A stretch of 64,000 nt of DNA from Octopus bimaculoides (lineage: Eukaryota). The notes under the pieces are model-generated. The model saw only the letters and a list, made by a program, of their open reading frames with translations, had not been told where the DNA came from and searched no databases. Position 1 is the first letter of the stretch; each line of letters begins with the position of its first letter. The stretch is taken from assembly GCF_001194135.2 (NCBI RefSeq), contig NC_068990.1, forward strand, positions 79,820,311 to 79,884,310, read 5' to 3'. Shown piece by piece: positions 27,441 to 42,925 of this stretch. The translations under genes and the position numbers were made by a program.

Positions 27441-28437
27441 GATCTATAAAACATTACAAATTCTCTTTCTTTTTCTCTCCCTCTCCCCAAAATATCTTTC
27501 CATATTCTCTCCTGTAACAACACCATTTCCTTTCCATATATCCTATGTCCCACTTTTGTTCCTAGTCAAAAAATATCAATATTATTTCTTTCTTTTTCAT
27601 GAAAAGTTGAACTGCTCCGAAATTCTGTGATAACCTAGGCCACCCAATTAAAGGCATATTTAATTTTCCCTTATCTGAATTAAATCCGCGCCGCATTATG
27701 ATTCTTGAGTTCAAAACAATTAATAATCAACTGTATTTTGGATTTAATTTCATTTTTCTAATATATATAAATTAGAATTAAATACAAGATCTGTTTAGAT
27801 GTTTTAAGTATTGTTTGTATGTTTGTGCAAGGTGAACCTGCACACTTCTGCCATAATCAACCAGACACTTTCTGAGTTGACTCCTCAATTTATTTACGGA
27901 GTATACTTAAAATATCTCTACCACTTTTATACACAAATCAAATAGGAGCGCCTTTGCGGTCGTTTGACTTGTTCATTATAGCTGATGAATCTCACTCAAA
28001 TCACATCCTATCGCTGCAAAAGAGAAAAATAAACACATTTGACAATGTGATTTGAAGTGCACATTGACTGAAAACAAAGACATGACTGGAAAGCATTTGA
28101 TCAACTACAGCTGATCGATCTGGTGTTAAACAGTAAGAACACTTTTATAAACATATTCGCCGAGCCTTAAATGACTTCGGAATGCTTCAAGTGTATAAGA
28201 TCTTGTGCCTAATGTTTTATCACATCAGTCTTATGAAACAATGATAAATACACCTAAAAGTTAATACAAATGATAACTTTTTATCTACAATGTAAGAATA
28301 GAAGAAACTGTTCTTCATATTAAAAGACACTTTCTTCCCAAATACAAAAGAACATCGTGTCTTTTGTTAGTATCGTTGAATTTGAAAATGAATTTTTGGG
28401 TAACAACAACAACAACAACAATAATAATAATAATAAT

Positions 28438-28819
<382 letters not shown>

Positions 28820-29113
28820 ACGCATTGCATAATATTTAATATTTCTCAAAGACTAGTTGTTGATAGAAAAAGAACATAATTTGCTAAATCAAATACTAAA
28901 ATGGAATGGAACCGTTGATGGATATTTTCTGAAATACAGACTATCGAGTTTATTCAGAGAGCGATAAGAAAATATTGTTAAGAGGTAAGATTTATACATA
29001 AGCTTACATGAGATAAAAATTTTATGCTAGTGTTATAATTTTGCAGCGCTATAAAATAAGACATTTCGTTAATATTATTGCTGCTTATATGCAAGATCGG
29101 TAGAGCGTTAGAC

Positions 29114-29146
<33 letters not shown>

Positions 29147-31194
29147 GCGATATTTAGTTGTTTTCTTTTAGATTTCTAATTTTAAATATGTCGAGGTTGA
29201 CTTTGCCTGTCATCTTTGCGGCTTTGATAAAATGAACTAGTAAAGCTAAGGCCATGCTTTTAGGTTAGAAATCCTTATTTTTATTGTGGAAAATGACAAA
29301 AAGCGTTCATGGAGAAAAGGTGGAGCACTTAAAGTGTCCTATTCGATTTGCACTGACTGAACAAACTAATCCAGGTTAGTTTGTTGAAGTAGGGACTACA
29401 TTATGTGCCATGTCTTCCATATTGAACTTGAGAGAGAAATTTGGTTATTATTTCTCGCAAGTAAATTGAATGAACAGAGAGACTTTTTCCATGGTAGAGT
29501 GCTTCCTTCTACGAAGAAGGTTGTTAGGAAAAACAGACAGCCGCAGAATAATACAAAACGTTTCGCTTTAATTATATCGCTTTTTATATCAATATAATAC
29601 AAAATGTTTTTTAAAATTCAAAACAAGAAGGAAGTGTTCTGATTCATTACGAGACTGAACCATTTATAAATCAGATTGGAAATATTTGGTCATTTTGCTG
29701 TGTTAAAACAAGAACATCACAAAACTTAATAATTTTCTCACCCAAGAAAAATCAATTACATAAATATAGACGAAAATCCCTACCACTACCCAAATAATTT
29801 CGCAATCAGAATTTGAGATGAATATAGTTGTAACATATAATTGACAAATGTTCAAATAAGAAGTTTGATGTTAGAATAACACTAGGATGGAGACAGAAAT
29901 TTGGCAATGAATAAGATATTGAGTATTCAGGTATCAACATAACAAAGTGAAAAAAAGAATGAATTATATTTGTACAGTAGGGTCTCATAGATACTATATA
30001 ATGAACTGAAAAAATTTTGATTAACCGAGAACCTCCATGTAATTAGGAGAAAACGACTTCCTCTAGGTGTGTTCAATTTGAAAAACAAAAATCACTGATA
30101 TAAACCCACTGGAAGACAATGCATGGATCACGTGTTTGTATATCTAAATCTTCCCTTCTGCACCTGATGAAGTTGTATTGACAGCAGATCAGAAATAGAC
30201 TGATGTATTTAACTGATTATTAAATCTGATGCATTGTTACTAGTAACTGGAAAACTATTACGAAATTAATGCCACTGGATATCATAAATATTTCTGAAAT
30301 TATTTTGCATAAATTATTTTGAAAGAGATAGAACGAGCTAGCATGACAGCAAACACTCGAACAGCATCCATCAAAATTCTAATTTGATTATCAATCGCGG
30401 TTGCCAAGTCGAAGATGGCCATCCATCCCAAGAATAGACTTGTGGAATATCAGAATATTAAATATAAATTCTTCTAATATGAAGAAAAAGTGCATAGCTA
30501 TCAGTATTTTAAAACACTGATAAACTATACACGTCAGACTTAGATTATCTAAAATACATGAATAACTGTTTGTATGTATACAAGGTGAGCTTGGATTCTA
30601 AAATAGATAGAATCTCGGATAAACAACTGTACTGAGTTCATTTTAATCACAAATGGCTGAACTAATGATGGATGCCATCAGGAGAGTCCACTCTGCTGGA
30701 AGCATTCGAGTCAAGTTTGTGGTCTAAGAGTAACTTGCTCGTTTCTTTTCATCAGTTTTTGAAGCCAGGAAAAAGGTGCCGAGTGTTGCACTTACGCTAT
30801 TGACTATACTAATAAAATATTGAGCAGACAAACCATGAAACTTGCAATTAGTCTCGCATTCAAGTGACTACTGCAGCACAAAAGAATTGACTATATTGAG
30901 TTTTCAACCTTACAATATAGACTCTTAATTATTTCTGCATTAAAAGCATTTCAGTTCTGATTGTCAGCTTCACGTCATGGTTACTTTATGACTCTACTTT
31001 TTTTGTCTTCTTTCTCCTCTGGTTGTTACGATTTACAAAGATTTCACAACTTAAATTATAGCCAGAGTGGTAAATACAAGTAATCGTATTTTGTATCTTT
31101 TCAGTTATCAGTGTCTCCATAGAGCTCTTACAAGATACGATATTCAAGAAACAAACTTTCGCTGCCAATCGCGTACACACCCTTGATCCATTGC

Positions 31195-32163
31195 NNNNNN
31201 NNNNNNNNNNNNNNNNNNNNNNNNNNNNNNNNNNNNNNNNNNNNNNNNNNNNNNNNNNNNNNNNNNNNNNNNNNNNNNNNNNNNNNNNNNNNNNNNNNNN
31301 NNNNNNNNNNNNNNNNNNNNNNNNNNNNNNNNNNNNNNNNNNNNNNNNNNNNNNNNNNNNNNNNNNNNNNNNNNNNNNNNNNNNNNNNNNNNNNNNNNNN
31401 NNNNNNNNNNNNNNNNNNNNNNNNNNNNNNNNNNNNNNNNNNNNNNNNNNNNNNNNNNNNNNNNNNNNNNNNNNNNNNNNNNNNNNNNNNNNNNNNNNNN
31501 NNNNNNNNNNNNNNNNNNNNNNNNNNNNNNNNNNNNNNNNNNNNNNNNNNNNNNNNNNNNNNNNNNNNNNNNNNNNNNNNNNNNNNNNNNNNNNNNNNNN
31601 NNNNNNNNNNNNNNNNNNNNNNNNNNNNNNNNNNNNNNNNNNNNNNNNNNNNNNNNNNNNNNNNNNNNNNNNNNNNNNNNNNNNNNNNNNNNNNNNNNNN
31701 NNNNNNNNNNNNNNNNNNNNNNNNNNNNNNNNNNNNNNNNNNNNNNNNNNNNNNNNNNNNNNNNNNNNNNNNNNNNNNNNNNNNNNNNNNNNNNNNNNNN
31801 NNNNNNNNNNNNNNNNNNNNNNNNNNNNNNNNNNNNNNNNNNNNNNNNNNNNNNNNNNNNNNNNNNNNNNNNNNNNNNNNNNNNNNNNNNNNNNNNNNNN
31901 NNNNNNNNNNNNNNNNNNNNNNNNNNNNNNNNNNNNNNNNNNNNNNNNNNNNNNNNNNNNNNNNNNNNNNNNNNNNNNNNNNNNNNNNNNNNNNNNNNNN
32001 NNNNNNNNNNNNNNNNNNNNNNNNNNNNNNNNNNNNNNNNNNNNNNNNNNNNNNNNNNNNNNNNNNNNNNNNNNNNNNNNNNNNNNNNNNNNNNNNNNNN
32101 NNNNNNNNNNNNNNNNNNNNNNNNNNNNNNNNNNNNNNNNNNNNNNNNNNNNNNNNNNNNNNN
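31195..32163. other. Assembly gap (others at 32897-33296, 36742-37465, 39511-39990, 40925-40934, 48678-48846, 61353-61362)
   Basis: N runs, mostly flanked by dinucleotide microsatellites. Confidence 1.
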
Positions 32164-32164
32164 C

Positions 32165-32398
32165 AAGGCGGCGAGCTGGCAGAAACGTTAGCACGCCGGG
32201 CGAAATGCTTAGCGGTATTTTGTCTGCCGCTACGTTCTGAGTTCAAATTCCGCCGAGGTCGACTTTGCCTTTCATCCTTTCGGGGTCGATTAAATAAGTA
32301 CCAGTTACGCACTGGGGGTCGATATAATCGACTTAATCCGTTTGTCTGTCTTTGTTTGTCCCCTCTGTGTGTAGCCCCTTGTGGGTAGTAAAGAAATA
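32165..32398 (+). mobile_element. tRNA-derived SINE, well-preserved copy
   Basis: aaggcggcgagctggcagaaacgttagcacgccgggcgaaatgc...gtagtaaagaaata, the same family as 27027. Confidence 0.92.
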
Positions 32399-32850
32399 AC
32401 ACACACATATATGTTCCAAAATCTTTAAACTACTGTATCTAATTTCTGTTATAATTTACAGCTAGATGAAAGCCGATCAATTTTAATCGAATTCATCAAA
32501 CTCAGGAAGCAAAATATAGTGTCTAGATAGAATTACCAGCAGCACTTGCAAGGTCGGATACCTATACAAAGAAACATACACAGGCATGCAAATATTAAGA
32601 TAAGTACACATACGTGCATATATAAAGACGCATCTATATGTGCATGTGTCAAGAGTGACTTACACGTACATACATATCCACTGAAACAATGATTGACGGG
32701 AAAGCAGCGAACGGATATATAAATAGAAGTATGTTAGCATATAAGCATTGACAAACGTATGTGTACACGCCGATGAAAAAATAGACTGAAAAATTCGCGA
32801 TTAGCAATAGGAGTCTGTATATTCACCCTCCATTCCATGCATGCACACAC

Positions 32851-32896
<46 letters not shown>

Positions 32897-34682
32897 NNNN
32901 NNNNNNNNNNNNNNNNNNNNNNNNNNNNNNNNNNNNNNNNNNNNNNNNNNNNNNNNNNNNNNNNNNNNNNNNNNNNNNNNNNNNNNNNNNNNNNNNNNNN
33001 NNNNNNNNNNNNNNNNNNNNNNNNNNNNNNNNNNNNNNNNNNNNNNNNNNNNNNNNNNNNNNNNNNNNNNNNNNNNNNNNNNNNNNNNNNNNNNNNNNNN
33101 NNNNNNNNNNNNNNNNNNNNNNNNNNNNNNNNNNNNNNNNNNNNNNNNNNNNNNNNNNNNNNNNNNNNNNNNNNNNNNNNNNNNNNNNNNNNNNNNNNNN
33201 NNNNNNNNNNNNNNNNNNNNNNNNNNNNNNNNNNNNNNNNNNNNNNNNNNNNNNNNNNNNNNNNNNNNNNNNNNNNNNNNNNNNNNNNNNNNNNNNTAAG
33301 AAATCTTGAAGTTCTCCTGAACAAGTTTCGGATACTTCCTGTAGTGAGCATAATGAATGAAGATTTATGAACATGCATCATATTCGGTTAACATAGAATT
33401 TATTTCTTTATTCCATTCTTTCTCCTCTTTAGCTCCCTTGTTTAGGATTAAACCTATTTTCAGACTGTTTCAGGTTGAAATCATAACGATTGCACTTCTT
33501 TATTTGTCTTCGCTCTCAGGAGAACTGCTAGCGCAATTTTACATAGGCAGAAATATATTTCAGAACAACAGTTAATGATGTCATAAAAAATACTGTGCAT
33601 ATTGAATTAGAATATTGAAGGGAGACAATCCATTGCAGACTTTCTCTTCCTCTTCATTCTATCGTACACTCCTCCGGGAAATAGACTAAAACATACTTTT
33701 AACACACCGACCCTTGTTTAGTTGTTAGCAGTACCAGGAATTAAAGGGTAGCAGTCGATCCACTTGAAAGTATTGTGTCTCAAAACTAACAGAAGCATTC
33801 CCAGGAGATTTCTTACTGGCATTCTAGCGTAAACACATTATCGAGAATAAATTGGGTGGGATTTCTGTAAGTCAAGGTTGATATGCACACAGATCTCTCT
33901 GTCGATGTCAGACTTGGGGTCGGTATAATTTGGCACCACTGTCATTGTAAGCGTTGCTTTAGGAACAGATACCGCAAGGCACATTGCTGGATCCTCAAAC
34001 AGTTCTGCACGCCAACACATCTCTCTGAGTTGGTATACTTTACTAATGGACTTCCATAATCGCTTTTCTCCGTAACCTACAAAGCCTTGTTTACAAATAT
34101 TTTATGTAGCATTGGACAGTTAAAATATATATTCATAAAATATGACTGGAATTGATGAGTGAGCATTTTGCCCAATCGGATGCGCAAGGACCCGTGTAAG
34201 CGCTGGTTTGTGGGTTCCATTCTGACAAATTGATAAGACAACACTGCACAATTGTAGTGTGGCCGTTTTCTCCAAGAAAATTAAAAGTGACATGACATGT
34301 AATAGTTAGAAGCAGATATTGAAACTCGAATGTTTAGAAAATGACAGTGCACGTATTTCATGATCTACGTTGCGGTAGTATGTGCTACAAGATAAAATTA
34401 ATAGCCCTGCTACCTGTCTTGATCAGTTGGTACGACTGAGCGCTGTTGCTTGCTATTGCTTTGAATGTGGCACAAGACCCAATAATCAATAATCGGAGAG
34501 TGAACAGCACGGCAGTTGGTTGGATTTGAGAACGAGATCAAATTATCCAAAGTATGTTAATGTTTTATCATATCAAAATAATAATTAAACATAGAACATC
34601 TTCATGAAAGTTATTAGAGGAACTTTTGATAGATCTATACAACACACACACACACACGTACGCACGCACACACATATGTGCG

Positions 34683-34721
<39 letters not shown>

Positions 34722-37700
34722 GTCTGTCTGTCAGTCTGTCTGTCTGTCTGCCTGCCTGCCTACCTACCTACCTACCTACCTACCTACCTACCTACCTACC
34801 TACCTACCTACTTACCTACCTACCTATCTATCTACCTACCTACCTATATTACCGAATAAAGAAGAGTTCGGATGGCCTCTGGGTATTGAAACCACCTCTA
34901 TTCGGTTCTAGGATCTGAAGGGTTAGGTTAGTTTGACGAGACTATGAAACTTTAAGTTGCATGGAGCCGAATCAAACTCTTATTAAATAATATATTTAAT
35001 TCCTGCCAAACGTGTTGAGTGCTACTTTCTTTTGTTTGTGCACTCATTCGTATGCATACATAGATACATAGATATATAGTTAGATAGATACATACACACA
35101 ATACCCAGAATCCCTCTCGGACTCTCCTTCATTCGGTTCTAGGAATTAGGTTCGTTTGATGAGCTTATTAAACTTAAAGTTCGATGAAGCTAAATCAAAC
35201 AATTAAATGATATAGGCAGGTAGGTAAGTAAACAGACAGACAGATAGACAGACAGAAAGACAAACAGACAGATAGATAGATAGACGTATATGTGTATGGG
35301 TATGTATGCGTGCGTGCGTACGCGCGCGCGCGCGTTGTATATATTTATCCAAATTTAGTAAAATCACGCATTGCTTGATCAGAATACAGTTGGCAAAAAT
35401 TAACATTTTGGAGTTTATACAAATGTATTTAAGGGATACAGTTTAGCCATAAAATAACTATCACCACTACTACATGAACTACTACTACTACTACTACTAC
35501 TACTTCATTATATTAAATTATTACCACTACTACTTCATTATATTAAATTATTATAAGATTGTAAATAAAACGTGAAAATCAAAGTTGGAATTTCTTTGAG
35601 TAATATATTCTTCTATGCACAATCATACTCACACATACATATACATACATATATACATATATATTCACACATACATGTATATATCTACACGTATATATGT
35701 AGTGTTTATAAAATGTGTTTATATCTTAGCTACAAATCGTAGACAAAAAGACAAAGCGTCTCGAAAGCGGTTAACCACACGAGTTCCTGTAAATGTTGAT
35801 GAAAAAAAATTCTTGCATATGAAATATTTTACAAAACAAGATTCATACAACAGTTTTTTCCTCTTCAAATTTAATATTCTTAAGTATTCTTATTAGAATC
35901 CTATTTTTTTCTTCCCCCAATGTTTGTCTATGCCATTTTGTATGTGCACACATTTTTATGCGAGTAGTTCTTTAAGTATTCATATCTTTAATTTATTCGT
36001 TGTTGTTGCTGTTTCCACCACGACTCTGTAATAATATGTCGGATAATAATATATCTAATGAACCCTTAATTGATATAAGAAGAAAAGGCGTGATGTCTGA
36101 CACATCTGGTTGCTAATTTATCAGATTGAAGCACTACATAAAGGTTCTCTCGTTAACTCGTATTTGGTAAATTTTTGTTTCTTATGTACACCTAAGACAT
36201 TATACGAGTAAAATGACAGACCGACGCAGTGCGGTCTTTATATCATTCTCAGAGGAAACGACATACTACTCAAAAATCCAGACAGGTTAACGAAGCTCTC
36301 TTCTGGGAATATATTTATACTGTTCAGTAAAAAGAAAATGCGATTAGCTCAATTATTTGTAAACGATGATATTGAATGAGAAATTTAGAGCAGCTTAAAA
36401 TGTAAGATATCTAAGAATTAATTGTAATGATACAAAAACATCTCATTGATAAAATATTACAAGAAATAAGCTGTAAAGAATTTTATAAAAGCTATACATA
36501 CTCAATATATTATTACTTTGAGAGTTGCAAATTGTAACAAGAACAATGACTGCAATAATAACAACAACAAAACCGATCTTTAGAAAAATAAGACACAAAA
36601 TAAATTTGGGCATTATAGCATTCACGTATACATATGTATACGTTAGATCATCAATCGTACAAATTCTCATACGCCATCAACACACGCATACATGTATACA
36701 TACACACGAACGTACATTTATATATATATATATATATATATNNNNNNNNNNNNNNNNNNNNNNNNNNNNNNNNNNNNNNNNNNNNNNNNNNNNNNNNNNN
36801 NNNNNNNNNNNNNNNNNNNNNNNNNNNNNNNNNNNNNNNNNNNNNNNNNNNNNNNNNNNNNNNNNNNNNNNNNNNNNNNNNNNNNNNNNNNNNNNNNNNN
36901 NNNNNNNNNNNNNNNNNNNNNNNNNNNNNNNNNNNNNNNNNNNNNNNNNNNNNNNNNNNNNNNNNNNNNNNNNNNNNNNNNNNNNNNNNNNNNNNNNNNN
37001 NNNNNNNNNNNNNNNNNNNNNNNNNNNNNNNNNNNNNNNNNNNNNNNNNNNNNNNNNNNNNNNNNNNNNNNNNNNNNNNNNNNNNNNNNNNNNNNNNNNN
37101 NNNNNNNNNNNNNNNNNNNNNNNNNNNNNNNNNNNNNNNNNNNNNNNNNNNNNNNNNNNNNNNNNNNNNNNNNNNNNNNNNNNNNNNNNNNNNNNNNNNN
37201 NNNNNNNNNNNNNNNNNNNNNNNNNNNNNNNNNNNNNNNNNNNNNNNNNNNNNNNNNNNNNNNNNNNNNNNNNNNNNNNNNNNNNNNNNNNNNNNNNNNN
37301 NNNNNNNNNNNNNNNNNNNNNNNNNNNNNNNNNNNNNNNNNNNNNNNNNNNNNNNNNNNNNNNNNNNNNNNNNNNNNNNNNNNNNNNNNNNNNNNNNNNN
37401 NNNNNNNNNNNNNNNNNNNNNNNNNNNNNNNNNNNNNNNNNNNNNNNNNNNNNNNNNNNNNNNNNATATATATATATATATATATATACATATGTATGTA
37501 TATATGTATATATGTATGTATTATGTATGTATATACATGTACATATATACACATATGTATGTATGTGTGTGTGTGTGTGTGTGTGTGTCTGTGTCTATAT
37601 ATGCATATATATGTATACATATTTTTGTGTGTGCATATTTGTATGCCTGTATGAATAAGTATGTATGTAAGCCATATAGAACCAAATACTTGCATTATAT

Positions 37701-38574
37701 GTGATAGACACATACATACACGAATTGACGAAAAATTACCCAATACGTGTATTAGAGCACAGATAATAGAATTGGCCGAGCCATTAACAATTACTAGGAG
37801 TTAGTGCGTAAGATTTGTTCGTCTTTAAAAGACTGTCATAGCAGAACAAGACAATAACAATTACAGATGAAATATACAAACTAACGTGAAAACCCATTTA
37901 GCTAACTGGACCTCAGGTTACGAACACGAAGCAATAAAGAAAAACAGCAAAAATATTGTAACTGGAGAGATAACTCACAGTGTACTATTGAAAACAAACA
38001 TTTGAATTAGTATAAGAATGAAAATAAACCATGGGGTTGCAATAAATGTATAAGTAAAATATTTTTCTGCACGTATAAACATAGGCTTACGCACGTACAT
38101 TACCCCAAACATACTAATATAATATAGGGATTGTAATACAGTATATGAAATGAAACACCCGCGATAGTCGAGGGATTACTGTATTTATAAATATATAATA
38201 TGCACCCACCACATATAGATGTAGAACGAATTGTGAATTGTGAACAAAGATCCCCTAAATAGGTTCAATCAATTGTAGATGCCGAGAGAACAAGTGTAAG
38301 AATTTAGGGTTTCAATCATTTGCCCAGTTTTCAGTTGAAATGAATCCAACACTAGGATATACTTGTGGGATTGCCATTTTAAGTTTCTTGTAGGCATGCT
38401 ATTCAACATGTCGGTTAATGCAATCAATATCTTGACATTTTCGGCGGCGCACAAAATTGCAAATTGCTGTTGTATTCATTGTAGGCTTTTTCCTTTGTTC
38501 ATCTGTATAAATTGCAGTATCGATGAATACTAGTCATTAATAAAAATAAGATAGTGTTGATTAATTATGTAAAC

Positions 38575-38705
38575 TGGGCCTCAATGAGGTATCGACGATT
38601 GAGAACAACATCTACAAAGCATAGGTCCTCTCCATTCTTTTCTATGAAGCAAAAGCGTGGCCCCTCTCGAAGACACTGGCAAAGATGATGAACGTGATGT
38701 TATGC
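38575..38705 (+). mobile_element. RTE-clade LINE RT fragment
   Basis: IYKA*VLSILFYEAKAWPLSKTLAKMMN resembles the RTE motif LY.A.VLS.LLYG.E.W.L. Confidence 0.65.
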
Positions 38706-39994
38706 ACCTGGAAGATTTGGAACTTTTGATAGAAAGATGTTAATATTGTAACCGAAGATTTTCTGCCTCAAATCTCTCATCTACCCGGAATGTGTTTTGT
38801 GCCTCTTCTACATGCCTCGTTAAAAATATACGTTGGTTATATCGGGATTGAGAAAGTCTCCATGTGTGTGTATCTGTGTGTGTGTGTGTGTGTGTACTAA
38901 CGCAGGCATACCATCTTAAAAACAGCAGCATGAGAACATCTGAAGGAAATAGTGAATCAAAGATGGCGTTTCTCAGTTATCGCTTGATCAGTCAGAAATA
39001 ACAGGGCAAATTATATGATGAAGTCGGGTATGCACTAAAAAGAGTCCGGGACTTCAGAATGAGCAGCTGACTGTAATCTTAGTATTTGTAATCGCTTAGG
39101 GGAAAAGTCTGATTTCTATTTAAACATTGCACATTGCGAATAAGGGAAATATTATTGAAATTTCCAACTTTTGATTCTTACCCATCATCATATCTGCAAC
39201 CGGTGATAACATTCTTCGAACACTTATACATGCGTACATACATGTACACATATACACGTACGTATATTTGTCCACAAATACACACACACACAGACACGCA
39301 CACGCATATATAAGAAATCCTCCTGACAAAATGCTTTGAGGAAAACTATACACGCAGTTTGAACGGAACTATGCTGCTTTGCTGGCATATCAGGTAATTA
39401 TCAAGAGACTCCTTCATTTAGATACTTCACGGTCACACAATCAATGCCGTCGTTAATCTGTAAAAACTCCATTCACAAATTTTAATATAAAGAATATAAT
39501 ACTATATATANNNNNNNNNNNNNNNNNNNNNNNNNNNNNNNNNNNNNNNNNNNNNNNNNNNNNNNNNNNNNNNNNNNNNNNNNNNNNNNNNNNNNNNNNN
39601 NNNNNNNNNNNNNNNNNNNNNNNNNNNNNNNNNNNNNNNNNNNNNNNNNNNNNNNNNNNNNNNNNNNNNNNNNNNNNNNNNNNNNNNNNNNNNNNNNNNN
39701 NNNNNNNNNNNNNNNNNNNNNNNNNNNNNNNNNNNNNNNNNNNNNNNNNNNNNNNNNNNNNNNNNNNNNNNNNNNNNNNNNNNNNNNNNNNNNNNNNNNN
39801 NNNNNNNNNNNNNNNNNNNNNNNNNNNNNNNNNNNNNNNNNNNNNNNNNNNNNNNNNNNNNNNNNNNNNNNNNNNNNNNNNNNNNNNNNNNNNNNNNNNN
39901 NNNNNNNNNNNNNNNNNNNNNNNNNNNNNNNNNNNNNNNNNNNNNNNNNNNNNNNNNNNNNNNNNNNNNNNNNNNNNNNNNNNNNNNNNNNATG

Positions 39995-40033
<39 letters not shown>

Positions 40034-40934
40034 GCATGTATATGTATATGGTATTCAAATACTGTAAAATGTTATACATTTATGAGTTGCCATTGACACA
40101 GTTTTATAGCATATATAATAAAATTCAGTAACAGAGTGCATCTAGTGATTACAGCTGAAAGCTTTAGCAGTGTCACATCGTGTTATGAAAATGGGGTTAT
40201 AGTGTAGGTTATCTTAATCTGAATCATTCTACATAACTGATGTTGTTTTCTTCCAACATTCAAACATTATTTTCTGTTATGCAGAATGATTCTGCATAGT
40301 TATTTTCGGGGTTTAGTTGACACCCGATTCTGTGTAGCTATCACACATGTTTCATTTACACGATTCACTTTAAGTATGTTTAAATATGGTAACCGATGTA
40401 TTGCTGCTTTAAAATCAATAACTTTTATCACCAGGTTGTTTGTTTGAAACAGATTCTATTTCTATTAAGATGGCGTCAATTATTTCCCTGTTGATTTTCT
40501 CTTTGTGGCATATTTTTTGTAGAAATATATTCTTTGCGTTCTTCGTAACTATAGTATTTATATATGTTAAAATATGTATTCACAGCCATTATCCCTTTTG
40601 GAAATGCGTTAATCATATTTTAATTAAAATTTCACAATTTTTGCCAATGAATGGCGTTTTATAACACTTGCAATTGTTAAGCGGCCATGCAGATATATAC
40701 GAAATTGTTACTTTATACCACGGCTCTTGCACACACACCTGCATGCATCTGCAGATACATACATACATACATACATACATACATACATACATACATACAT
40801 ACATACATACATGCATGCATACATACATACATACATACATACATACATACATACATGCATACGTACATACATTTATATCCATCCATCTAACAACCCATTT
40901 ATACACACACACACTCACACACACNNNNNNNNNN

Positions 40935-40978
<44 letters not shown>

Positions 40979-42887
40979 GACACAGACACACACACAGGGT
41001 GCGGACGGTATTTGAGGACAGGTTTATGGTTTTAAAAAAGCGCTTATATAATAAAAGAAAAAAAAAAATTTTTTTTATAAAAATGACAAACATAAAGCCA
41101 ATTGATTGAGAGCGAGAGAGAGACTATATGCATATTTTAGCAAAGATATAGGTTCCAGCTATAAATATATTACATTTTAATCTTTATACAAAATATATCA
41201 TCACGGTTACTTTACTACTGAACTATTGAAATAGTCACTATGTAGTTGTATAACTTGTGAGAAAGAGCAATCAGTTTTCCTCGTATCAACTGATAGTCAC
41301 TGGGTTGCCTTTGGCTATAGGCTGGTTCGTTCGGTCCTTGAATAAATAAGAACATCTATAAAAACACCACAGCTTACTAAAAATAGCAACTAAATCTTCA
41401 ACATGTCAATCTCTACTATCTTAAAGAAAGGAAGCCTGAGTCTGAAAAGAAAAATTAAACAATATAGTCATGGACGTAGCGCCTTTTTTTTTTTTAAACT
41501 TTAAGTCTGCTTGGTCAGCGACGACTTGAGCCAATCAGCAACATCGGAAACTGCAAAAATTTTAATTATGATTAATACAAAAAGATAAAAAGAACAGGCA
41601 TAACTCTCCGGACACAACATCATCACGGTTTTGCACTCTCATTAGAAACATGCGAAGAGGAATGAACATCATAACTACTCATTTAATCTTTCTATTTGCT
41701 ACAAAGTGGAGGCCTTCTGTCAGTGTAAAAGATAATTTTAGCACTGTTTACATCTGAATAAATTTTCTCTCTTTGTATTTTTATCGATTTCAGTCAATCG
41801 AAATGTTTAAATTGTTTCTCAGCAATATTGTCTATTTTCTTCTAACAGCTTCTAATCTATCATGACAGCTTACATGAAATATTCATGGCCTCTTTTACAT
41901 AATGCTTTTCAGTGGGAGAAAATAGAAGCAAAGATCAAAGCATGAAAACATTGGATTAATAACTTCTACTATTGGGCAAAACGAAAATATTAAAGTGACC
42001 TTTAAAACAAATAGTTTTGATAAAAGTTTTGTTTTAAATTTCCTTATAAAAATTTTGTTTTGTTTTGAAAATATAAAAAAAAAACGACTTCTAACTGAAA
42101 GATATTTTTATGGAAACTTCAATCATCATTACAAACAAAAGAATTTTGCATTATTTTTCCTCTCTATGTTCTCTGAGATATTCAACATCTCCATCAGCCT
42201 AATTTGGAGTACATATTGATATTGAGATGCAAGTGTATTCCAATGCCCATTAAATTATAATTACTGTATATGTGAATATTTAATATCTTGCAAACAACTT
42301 AATTATAATTATTTTAAAGTACTCACGACATGTTTCACAATTTATTCTTTAAAAGTTGATGATTTACTCTACCATTCATCTGAATTTCTCGCTTTTGTGC
42401 GTTCGTAGAACGAGGCATCGTGAGTAACGATAGAATGAAAAATCAGTTCCGAATGAATGACTATATTTTTACAACATGTGCACTTCCCTTGTCTGTACGC
42501 GAAAACACGTGTCTATATGCATGCATACATACATACATTCATACATACATACATACATACATGCATACATACATACATACATACATACATACATACATAC
42601 ATACATACATACAGTCGTGGCTGTGTGGTAAGAAGCTTGCTTCCCAACTACACGTTTCCAGAGGCCTTGCAAGTCTACCAGATAGATGAGAGAGCATTGT
42701 AGAAAATGAAGGAGAGTATATTTTAGATAAAAAAGGACTCTGTTTATCTTAATTTTGAAAAATAAAAGTATAAAAAAACTGTAGTATTTATGGGAAGACT
42801 CAATATATATATACATACATACATACATACATACGTATGTATGTATGCATGTATGTATGTATGTATGTATGTATGTATGTATGTATG

Positions 42888-42919
<32 letters not shown>

Positions 42920-42925
<6 letters not shown>

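Noticed and set aside
33780-34080. Possible Gypsy integrase zinc-finger remnant on the minus strand
   Set aside because: The resemblance needs several frame switches, and no LTR or DDE core is visible.
30986-37743. Long ORFs of 150-426 aa in the track
   Set aside because: They are artefacts of N runs translated as X, plus dinucleotide repeats.
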